A stretch of DNA of 28,394 nucleotides from NCBI GenBank assembly GCA_041742355.1, contig JBGSIV010000244.1, forward strand, positions 1 through 28,394, in the 5' to 3' direction. The stretch's first letter is position 1, and every line of letters begins with the position of its first letter. The stretch is from Candidatus Zixiibacteriota bacterium. GTDB taxonomy: Bacteria; Zixibacteria; MSB-5A5; GN15; FEB-12. This document shows, in pieces, positions 1-7,136 of this stretch. The notes beneath the pieces are model-generated. The model saw nothing but the letters and a program-made list of their open reading frames with translations, searched no databases and had not been told where the DNA came from. A program made the translations under genes and the position numbers.

Positions 1-248
1 TGGATGACGCCATGCAGCACCTGCTCAACATGCGCGCCTCGGTCGGCGCCCGGGACATCCGCCTCGAAAACACCCACAGCCGGCTGGTCGAACTGGAACT
101 GGGCTTCACCAAGCTCCTGTCGGAAGTCGAGGACGCCGATATCACCAAGCTGGTGACCGACCTGGCGACGTACGAGAACAACTACCAGGCGTCGCTCATG
201 GCGAGCGCGAAAATAGTGCAACCGAGTTTGCTGGACTTTCTCAAATAG
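1..248 (+). CDS. flgL: Flagellar hook-associated protein 3 (hook-filament junction), C-terminal fragment; 5' end lies outside the window
   Basis: Flagellin-family C-terminus (RASVGAR...LSEVEDADITKLVTDL...YQASLMASAKIVQPSLLDFLK). The SLLDFL ending is typical of FlgL, and the gene lies directly upstream of fliW. Confidence 0.88.
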   Translation, partial: DDAMQHLLNMRASVGARDIRLENTHSRLVELELGFTKLLSEVEDADITKLVTDLATYENNYQASLMASAKIVQPSLLDFLK

Positions 249-272
249 GCCCCAACCATGGGAAGTGCAACT

Positions 273-743
273 ATGCATGTGCAGACTGATCGCTTCGGTC
301 CGATCGACGTCCCTGAAGGGAAATTGATCCGGATGCAGAAACCGATTCTCGGATTCGAGGATCTGGAGACGTTCTTCCTGGTCGAGCAGGATGATTTCCG
401 GCCCTTCATGTGGCTGCAATCGGTGGACTGCCCGGACCTGGCGTTCATCGTGGTCAACCCGACCCTGGTGTGCCCGGACTACCGGATCGAAGTGCACGCC
501 AAGGAGGTAGGAGACCTCGTGATCACCAGGCTCGAACAGGTCGAGACCTACGTTATCGTGACGGTGCCGGACAACCCGCGCGACCTGTCGGTCAACCTCC
601 AGGGACCGATCGTGATCAACACCGCCAACAATTTCGCCAAACAACTGGTGCTGGTGAACTCGAACTACAGCACCAGGCATCGCCTCCTCGACGCGACGGA
701 GACGGCCAGAACCGCGCCGGCATACGAAACGGCCGGAGTGTAA
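273..743 (+). CDS. fliW: Flagellar assembly factor FliW (flagellin/CsrA partner-switch protein)
   Basis: FliW motifs TDRFG, ILGFE, FMWLQS, LAFIVVNP, VNLQGPIVIN and KQLVL. ATG 273 follows GGAAG (261-265); ATG 258 is an alternative start. Confidence 0.95.
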   Translation: MHVQTDRFGPIDVPEGKLIRMQKPILGFEDLETFFLVEQDDFRPFMWLQSVDCPDLAFIVVNPTLVCPDYRIEVHAKEVGDLVITRLEQVETYVIVTVPDNPRDLSVNLQGPIVINTANNFAKQLVLVNSNYSTRHRLLDATETARTAPAYETAGV

Positions 744-820
744 CGGGACGTAGCGCAGCTTCGGACAAGTAGCGGTCCAGGGATGGACACGGCGCCGGAG
801 GCGCTCGAACACAGGAGTGT
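743..820 (+). promoter_or_regulatory. Array of five GGA-loop hairpins (putative CsrA/RsmA binding sites) in the fliW-glycosyltransferase spacer
   Basis: ACG-GGA-CGT (743-751), CTT-CGGAC-AAG (759-769), GTCCA-GGGA-TGGAC (775-788), GCGCC-GGA-GGCGC (792-804) and ACAC-AGGA-GTGT (809-820, overlapping the SD of the next gene). Confidence 0.6.
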
Positions 821-825
821 GCTGT

Positions 826-1851
826 ATGAAGGCCAGGACGGGCATGGACACCGCAAGCGCGCCAACGACACGCGGGACCAACGCGGGCGAGATCACCGGC
901 AAACGGATAGCGATCTTCGCCGAGTACCCCTCATTTCTCACCGATATCATTGCCTACCTGTCGCGGCGGAACGATGTCCGCTTCTTCGAGCGACCGACAC
1001 CGGATCGAATCGCGCAGATGTCCGGCTGGGCCGATCTGGTCTGGTTTGAATGGTGCGACCAACTCCTGATCCATGCATCGCACCAAACCAAAGGGCGGCC
1101 GATTGTCTGCCGGCTCCACAGCTACGAGGTCTTCACCGACATGCCGGCGAAGGTGAACTGGCCGCAGGTGGATCAGCTCATCTTCGTCAATGACTCGGTG
1201 CGGCAGCTCTTCGAACGGCAGGTGCTGTGCGCCACCCCGAAAACCGTCATCTATAATGGCGTCGATACGGACCTCTTCGCAATCCCGCCCGATAAGCCCC
1301 GGACCAAGAAGATTGCCTCGGTTGGGTTCATCAACTACAAGAAAAATCCCGCACTCCTGTTATACTGCTTCAAGAAGATTCACGAGTACGATCCGGGCTA
1401 CACGCTGCACATCGCCGGTACGTTCCAGGACAGCCGCTACCAGCTCTACTTCGAACACTTCCTGAAGGAGCATCCGCTGCCGGTAGTGTTTGACGGCTGG
1501 GTGAACGACATGCCCGCGTGGTACGCCGATAAAGATTTCGTCATTTCCACTTCCCTGTTTGAGTCATTCCACTACTCAATCGCCGAGGGTATGGCCGGCG
1601 GCGTGCTGCCGCTGATCCATGACTGGTACGGCGCCGAAAATCTGTATCCCCGGGATCACTTCTTCAGCGATCCGGACGAATGCCTGGCGCTCCTGCAGCG
1701 GCTTGAATCGGCCGATCGCCGCGAACTCATCGAACGGAACCGTCGGCACATCACCGACCGCTTCAATACCGCCGACCGGTGCCGGGAAGTGGCCCGGCTG
1801 CTGGAAGAGGTTCTGCAGCGGACACATGTCAACAACGAGGTGCGAGTATAA
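826..1851 (+). CDS. GT4-family (GT-B, group 1) glycosyltransferase, probably for flagellin glycan modification
   Basis: GT4 motifs VIYNGVD and SVGFINYKKNP, plus EX7E (ESFHYSIAE-GMAGG). AGGAG (813-817) precedes ATG 826; ATG 844 is an alternative start. Lies within the flagellin locus. Confidence 0.85.
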   Translation: MKARTGMDTASAPTTRGTNAGEITGKRIAIFAEYPSFLTDIIAYLSRRNDVRFFERPTPDRIAQMSGWADLVWFEWCDQLLIHASHQTKGRPIVCRLHSYEVFTDMPAKVNWPQVDQLIFVNDSVRQLFERQVLCATPKTVIYNGVDTDLFAIPPDKPRTKKIASVGFINYKKNPALLLYCFKKIHEYDPGYTLHIAGTFQDSRYQLYFEHFLKEHPLPVVFDGWVNDMPAWYADKDFVISTSLFESFHYSIAEGMAGGVLPLIHDWYGAENLYPRDHFFSDPDECLALLQRLESADRRELIERNRRHITDRFNTADRCREVARLLEEVLQRTHVNNEVRV

Positions 1852-4532
1852 TGGCCGGTAAGAAAACACGCCGTGGCCGCACGGCGACACAGCCACCCAG
1901 GCCCGCTCGGCGCCGGGTGACGCTCGAAGATCTGCTGTCCGCAATCCGGATGGACCCGGAGAATCTGACTCCGCGTCTGGTGCTGGCCGAACACTACCTC
2001 TGCGGCGACATGGGGGAGAGGATCCTTGAAGCTTTCGACGGCTTCTCGTCGCCGGGCGCATTCCCGGACATCAAGACGGAAAGCCTGTGCCATCGCCTCC
2101 GGGCCTACGGCCACGCCCATCGCCAGCAACTGATCGAAGCCGAAGAGGCCGCCTCGAAGGCGCTCCGGGTCGATCCCGAGTCACTCGACGCGCTCTTCGT
2201 CCTTGCGTTTGTGCACCTTTCGCTGCGCGAGTATGAAGAAGCGGCGAATACGGCCGATCGGTTCATCCAGGTGTACCGGTTCATTCAGCGCACCAAGGTG
2301 GATCCGAAGCAGTTTGCCGCAAACAACGAGCACCTGGCCCAGGTACACAATTTCGTCGGCAGCGCCGCCTTCGAGCGCCGCGAGTTCGAACCCGCCGAAC
2401 ACGCCTTCGAACAGGCCATCAAAGCCGACCCGACCAATCACCTGCCGTATCTCAACCTGTGCCGCCTCTACCGCCAGACAAACCAGCCCGACCGGGCCAA
2501 CACGGTGATCGAACGTGGGCTGACCACCTGCTCCCAGGTGCACGAGTTGCGGCTGGTGGCCGACTCCCTCCACAGCAAGAGCACGGTTTCGGCCTGCATG
2601 ATCGTGAAAAATGAAGAAGAATTGCTGCCCGGCTGCCTCGAGTCCATTCGCGGTTGGGTGGATGACATCGTCGTAGTCGACACCGGTTCGACCGACAAAA
2701 CGGTCGCGATTGCCGAGTCGTACGGCGCCAGAGTCTTTCACCAGGAGTGGGAAGGAGACTTCTCCAAACACCGCAACTACTCAATTGGCGAGGCCACCGG
2801 CGACTGGGTATTCATTATTGATGCCGATGAACGGATGACCGATGCGGACATTCCCTCAGTACGCCGCTGCCTTGCCGATCCGCAGGCAAAAATCATCGCG
2901 GTCAACGTGCTCAATGTCGGCGGCAAGTTCGACGAGCAGGTGACCTTCCTCCCGTCGGTGCGGTTCTTCCGCCGGGAACTGGGCCTGCGCTACGAAGGGA
3001 TCGTGCACAACCAGCTCCGGATCGACGCCAAACAGCCGGTGCTGCGCACCGGAGTGACGATTCGTCACCTCGGCTACGGTCTCTCCCCGGAGAAGCTCGC
3101 GGCCAAGGCGGCCCGGACAATCGAATTGCTGGACAAACAGCTGGCCCAGAATCCCAAGGACGCCTTCGCGCTCTTCAACTACGCACAGGTACTGCTCGGG
3201 CTCGGCATATCCGCCCATGTGGACAACGCGAAGAAAATCAAGGACGCCGCTGGACGGGCGGTGAAGTTGACCCGGCCGGAGGTGCGCGGCGAGCGGCACA
3301 TTCACCTGATGGCCCTGTACCAGATGGCCCTCCTGAACTTCCTCACTGCGAAGTACCCGGAAGCCGGCAAGTACGCCTCTAAGGCCCTCAGTTACAAGCA
3401 TGACTACCTTGACCCGATTCTGCTGTTGGGACATATCAACCTGCGCACCGGCGATTTCGACCTCGCCGAACAGTTCTACTGCCGGTACCTCGCCGTGCAG
3501 GCGACGTACAGTGAGTCGGCCGAAACCGATGATATCATCGTGATCCATCCCCGTAGCGCCCACCATGCCTGGTACAGCCTGGGCGTGATCGCCGAGCACC
3601 GCCACGATTGGGCGACGGCCCAGTCAAACTTCGACAAGGTGCTGGACGTGATGCCCGAGTTCGCCGATACCAACGCCCGCCTCGGTTACATGAAGCTCCG
3701 CGCCGGCCTGCCGGACGAAGCCGACGAGTGCTTCCTGCGGCAATTGAAGATCCAGCCCGACTCCCATGTCGCCGCAATCGGCTGCGCGCTTGTTAATTTC
3801 GAGCGGGGGAGAGTGATCGAGGCGGAGGACCTGGTGGAGGCGGCGCTCGCGTCCTGCCCGGCCGATGCCCCCGAAATCCTCCTCCATGCCTCCACGCTCG
3901 AGCAGATCGACCGCCGAGCCGAGGCGATGCGATTTGTCGACAAAGCGTTCACGGCAGAGAACCTGTCCGGCGCAAGAGGGCGAACGGCAGCGGATCTGTA
4001 CTTCCGGCTGGGCCGGTATGATCGGGCCGCCGAGTTGTACCTGGCGCTGACCAAGGCGGGCGAAGCAGACGGGAGCCTGCTGAATGACCTCGGCGGCTGC
4101 TACTATAAGATGAGTGACTTCCCCCGGGCCGAAGAGTGGTACCGAAAGGCAGTCGAGGCCGACCAGCCCCCGGCTATTGCGTTGCGCAACCTTGGCTTAA
4201 CCCGGGTTCGCCTGGATCGGACCAAGGAGGCGCTGGTGGTACTGGAACGGTACCTCGATCTGGCCCCCGAGCAGATGGAGATTGTGCACCTCGTCGGAGA
4301 TCTGTACGCCCGGCTGGGTCAGGACCGTGCGGCTATCCCATTCTATGAGAAGTGCTTACAGGTCAACCCGAAGGATCGCTTGGCGCTCTTCAGCCTCTCC
4401 GAGTGTTACCTTCGGCTGGGCCACCGTGACTCGGCGCTGGTCGGATACCGACGGGTCCTCGATCTGGACCGGGACTTCGAGCCGGCGAGTCGCCGCTTGA
4501 CTGAACTGGCCGAGCCGGTAAGAATTCCCTGA
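1851..4532 (+). CDS. TPR-repeat GT2 glycosyltransferase (TPR - GT2 - multiple TPR), putative flagellin O-glycosyltransferase
   Basis: GT2 core SACMIVKNEE..LPGCLESI..DTGSTDKT..DFSKHRN..DADE..YEGIVHNQL..HLGY, flanked by TPR repeats. ATG 1851 overlaps the upstream stop (TAATG). Directly upstream of flagellin. Confidence 0.88.
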   Translation: MAGKKTRRGRTATQPPRPARRRVTLEDLLSAIRMDPENLTPRLVLAEHYLCGDMGERILEAFDGFSSPGAFPDIKTESLCHRLRAYGHAHRQQLIEAEEAASKALRVDPESLDALFVLAFVHLSLREYEEAANTADRFIQVYRFIQRTKVDPKQFAANNEHLAQVHNFVGSAAFERREFEPAEHAFEQAIKADPTNHLPYLNLCRLYRQTNQPDRANTVIERGLTTCSQVHELRLVADSLHSKSTVSACMIVKNEEELLPGCLESIRGWVDDIVVVDTGSTDKTVAIAESYGARVFHQEWEGDFSKHRNYSIGEATGDWVFIIDADERMTDADIPSVRRCLADPQAKIIAVNVLNVGGKFDEQVTFLPSVRFFRRELGLRYEGIVHNQLRIDAKQPVLRTGVTIRHLGYGLSPEKLAAKAARTIELLDKQLAQNPKDAFALFNYAQVLLGLGISAHVDNAKKIKDAAGRAVKLTRPEVRGERHIHLMALYQMALLNFLTAKYPEAGKYASKALSYKHDYLDPILLLGHINLRTGDFDLAEQFYCRYLAVQATYSESAETDDIIVIHPRSAHHAWYSLGVIAEHRHDWATAQSNFDKVLDVMPEFADTNARLGYMKLRAGLPDEADECFLRQLKIQPDSHVAAIGCALVNFERGRVIEAEDLVEAALASCPADAPEILLHASTLEQIDRRAEAMRFVDKAFTAENLSGARGRTAADLYFRLGRYDRAAELYLALTKAGEADGSLLNDLGGCYYKMSDFPRAEEWYRKAVEADQPPAIALRNLGLTRVRLDRTKEALVVLERYLDLAPEQMEIVHLVGDLYARLGQDRAAIPFYEKCLQVNPKDRLALFSLSECYLRLGHRDSALVGYRRVLDLDRDFEPASRRLTELAEPVRIP

Positions 4533-4576
4533 CCAAACCGGTCAGGGCAAGAGGTTCAATTTGTGCGGGTTAGCCG

Positions 4577-4603
4577 TTAAGTTGACGACCAAGTTGCCGA
4601 TGA
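4577..4603 (+). promoter_or_regulatory. Sigma28 (FliA/SigD) promoter of flagellin
   Basis: TTAAGTTG (4577-4584) - 11 nt - GCCGATGA (4596-4603), versus consensus TAAAGTTT-N11-GCCGATAA; about 205 nt upstream of the flagellin start. Confidence 0.85.
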
Positions 4604-4770
4604 TGTGACTAAGCGATAAAGGCACGACTACGTGATACAGGCATTACAAACGGAGGAGGATGATTCAATAGTCCACGGTTCTCGTGAATCAATGAGCGCC
4701 CAGGATGGACCTCATCAACTGACATTGGAAGTGACAGCAATCTGGACAGCAACCCGAACGCCAAATAACC

Positions 4771-4802
4771 GGGTAGGGATACCCTACAGTGTTCAAGGAG
4801 GA
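4771..4802 (+). promoter_or_regulatory. Putative CsrA operator of flagellin mRNA (hairpin site plus SD-overlapping site)
   Basis: Hairpin GGGTA-GGGA-TACCC (4771-4784) followed by AAGGAGGA SD (4795-4802); same two-site layout as the Bacillus subtilis hag leader. Confidence 0.65.
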
Positions 4803-4808
4803 TGACAG

Positions 4809-6980
4809 ATGTCACTTCGCATCAATCACAACCTTGCCGCGTTAAACGCTCACCGCAATTTGGTGAACACCAACAACGCGCTGCAACAGTCCATGCAGAA
4901 GCTGTCCTCGGGCTACCGGATCAACCAGGGCGCCGACAACCCGGCCGGCCTGGTGATTTCCGAGCAGTTCCGGGCGCAGATCGCCGGCCTGAACCGCGCC
5001 GTTGAGAACTCCGAAGGTTCCATCAGCATGGTGCAGACGGCTGAAGGCGCTCTCAATGAGATCAACAACCTGCTCATCTCAATGAGAGAACTGGCGATTC
5101 ACGCCGCCAACGAAGGCTTCAACGACGCCGACCAGCTCGCAGCCGACCAGGCTGAAATTGAGAACGCCGTGGCCACGATCGACCGTATCGCGGCCAACAC
5201 GCAGTTCGGCACCAAGAAGCTGCTCGATGGTTCCAAGGCCAACATCGCCACCATCACCAGCTCGAACAACTCCAACCTGACGATCCGGTCGTCCAACCTG
5301 TCCAGCGGCACACACTCCGTGACCGCCACCAAGACGGCCGAATCGACCGCTACGCTGAACACGACCTCGCTCGGCTTCTCGCTGGCGAGCACCGACGGCA
5401 ACCCGATCAACCTGACCGAAGACATTCACAATCTCGATGTCGTACAGGCCTCTGACGTGGCCAAGAAGACCTCGGGTTCCGTGAAGGTCGCCGACGCGTT
5501 CGGCAACAACCTGACGATCGCCGCCGCGGCGACACAGGCTTCGATTGCCACCGGTACGTTCAACGCCGCGACCGCCAGCCATGTCGGCACCTACTCCTTC
5601 ACGATCCAGTACTCGGACGTGAACGAAGGGACGACTTCGGCCCAGACGATCGCCGTCGACGTTGAGGCGGGCGACCAGGCCGACGAAATCGCGGCCAAGA
5701 TCAACACCGAAATCGCGCTGAACTCGGTTCTGGCCGGCAAGATCACGGCCGCCGGTACGGCCGGTGACGGCAACGCGGTATTCCTGCAGGCGGCCAACGC
5801 CGGTGCGCAGTACTCGATCCGCACGACCGCGTCCTCCAACGACGCGACGGCCTCGTTGTTCAGTGTGGGCGCGGCCAGCTCCCGCGGCGTCAGCGACAAC
5901 CAGCTGACCGTGACCGCGACGACTGAAGCCAATTCAACCGTGGCGCAGACGCTCACCCTGACGGCGGGAACCTACACCTCCCTGTCCGCCCTCGTGGCCG
6001 AGCTCGACACCCAGCTCGCGACGGCGTTCGGCGACGTCGCCGGTGTCGCCGGCGAATCCGATGTCGATGCGGCCGTGACCGACACCGACAAGATCCAGAT
6101 CCGGACGAAGGACGAAGGCTCCGCGTACAGCATTCAGATGGGTACGCTGGGCACCGCGACCGGTAACCTCGAGCACGTCCTGGGCCTGAGCGAGGACAGC
6201 ATCGCGAACACCGGTACCGACGCCCTGATCAGCTTCGACAACTACACCACGGCGATCGACAAGGTGAAGTACGGCTCGACGTACGACCTGCAGGTTGCCA
6301 ACAAGGCCACCGGTCAGACCACCCGCGGCATCGTGAACCTTACCGTCAGCCGCGCCACCACCGGCATGAATGTCGGCAGTGCGCTGCTCGATGTGAAGGC
6401 GGCCAAGTTCGACGTCCGTCTGGACGGCGGCCCGGCCACGTCGGTCACCGCTGGCGTGAACACGACCATCTACAACGCCGACCGGTCCGAGTCGCTGGTC
6501 CTCGGCTACGGCCTGACCTCGGCGGGCGGCACCGAAACGATCAACAACGTCGACCGTTCGCTGGTCTTCCAGATCGGCGCCAACGTCGGTCAGACCGCTC
6601 AGATCGGCCTCCGGAACATGGCCGCCGGCGCCCTCGGCAAGGGCCTCGCCGGCAACCTGTTCACCTCGCTGGCCGAAATCGACGTCACGACCGTCCAGGG
6701 CGCCCAGGATGCCCAGTCTATCATCGACGCAGCGATCAACGAAGTGTCCACGACCCGCGGTACGCTCGGTTCGTTCCAGAAGAACACGCTGGAATCCAAC
6801 CTGCGCAACCTCCGGATCGCGGCCCAGAACCTGACCGCTTCCGAGTCGATGATTCGTGACACCGACATGGCGAAAGAAATGTCGGAATTCACGAAGAATC
6901 AGATTCTGGTTCAGGCCGGCACCTCCATGCTGGCGCAGGCCAACCAGAGCCCGCAGATCGTTCTGTCGCTGTTCAGCTAA
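4809..6980 (+). CDS. fliC: Flagellin, 723 aa, with a very large Ala/Thr/Ser-rich variable region
   Basis: N-terminus MSLRINHNLAALNAHRNL...KLSSGYRINQGADNPAGL; C-terminus FQIGAN...IRDTDMAKEMSEFTKNQILVQAGTSMLAQANQSPQIVLSL; strong SD. Confidence 0.98.
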   Translation: MSLRINHNLAALNAHRNLVNTNNALQQSMQKLSSGYRINQGADNPAGLVISEQFRAQIAGLNRAVENSEGSISMVQTAEGALNEINNLLISMRELAIHAANEGFNDADQLAADQAEIENAVATIDRIAANTQFGTKKLLDGSKANIATITSSNNSNLTIRSSNLSSGTHSVTATKTAESTATLNTTSLGFSLASTDGNPINLTEDIHNLDVVQASDVAKKTSGSVKVADAFGNNLTIAAAATQASIATGTFNAATASHVGTYSFTIQYSDVNEGTTSAQTIAVDVEAGDQADEIAAKINTEIALNSVLAGKITAAGTAGDGNAVFLQAANAGAQYSIRTTASSNDATASLFSVGAASSRGVSDNQLTVTATTEANSTVAQTLTLTAGTYTSLSALVAELDTQLATAFGDVAGVAGESDVDAAVTDTDKIQIRTKDEGSAYSIQMGTLGTATGNLEHVLGLSEDSIANTGTDALISFDNYTTAIDKVKYGSTYDLQVANKATGQTTRGIVNLTVSRATTGMNVGSALLDVKAAKFDVRLDGGPATSVTAGVNTTIYNADRSESLVLGYGLTSAGGTETINNVDRSLVFQIGANVGQTAQIGLRNMAAGALGKGLAGNLFTSLAEIDVTTVQGAQDAQSIIDAAINEVSTTRGTLGSFQKNTLESNLRNLRIAAQNLTASESMIRDTDMAKEMSEFTKNQILVQAGTSMLAQANQSPQIVLSLFS

Positions 6981-7004
6981 GCCGAACACGACTGTAATAA
7001 TCCG

Positions 7005-7032
7005 GCCGGAGGAGGCTAACCCCTCCTCCGGC
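7005..7032 (+). terminator. GC-rich stem-loop after flagellin (mRNA-stabilising hairpin or leaky terminator)
   Basis: Perfect 11-bp inverted repeat GCCGGAGGAGG-CTAACC-CCTCCTCCGGC; no real U-tract follows. Confidence 0.6.
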
Positions 7033-7136
7033 TCCTATCGCCGCCGCAGCATCCCGGTACCCACCGGGGCGAGCCGGCAGCCGCAGTAGCGCATGGAGAC
7101 GAACGACAGTGATGTCACGGACACGAGGAGAGAAGG

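Noticed and set aside
135..142. GCCGATAT, a perfect SigD -10 box inside flgL
   Set aside because: No -35 at the required spacing (CCTGTCGG); explained by the conserved DADI codons.
1779..1850. Upstream GTG start for the TPR-GT2 ORF
   Set aside because: Overlaps the GT4 gene by more than 70 nt; the TAATG-coupled ATG at 1851 is more plausible.
5934..6989. Long minus-strand ORFs (351 aa here; also 10780-11865, 13738-14922, 17785-18786, 19310-20245, 21272-22327, 27308-28255)
   Set aside because: Antisense shadows of well-supported plus-strand genes with strong GC3 bias; no recognisable motifs.
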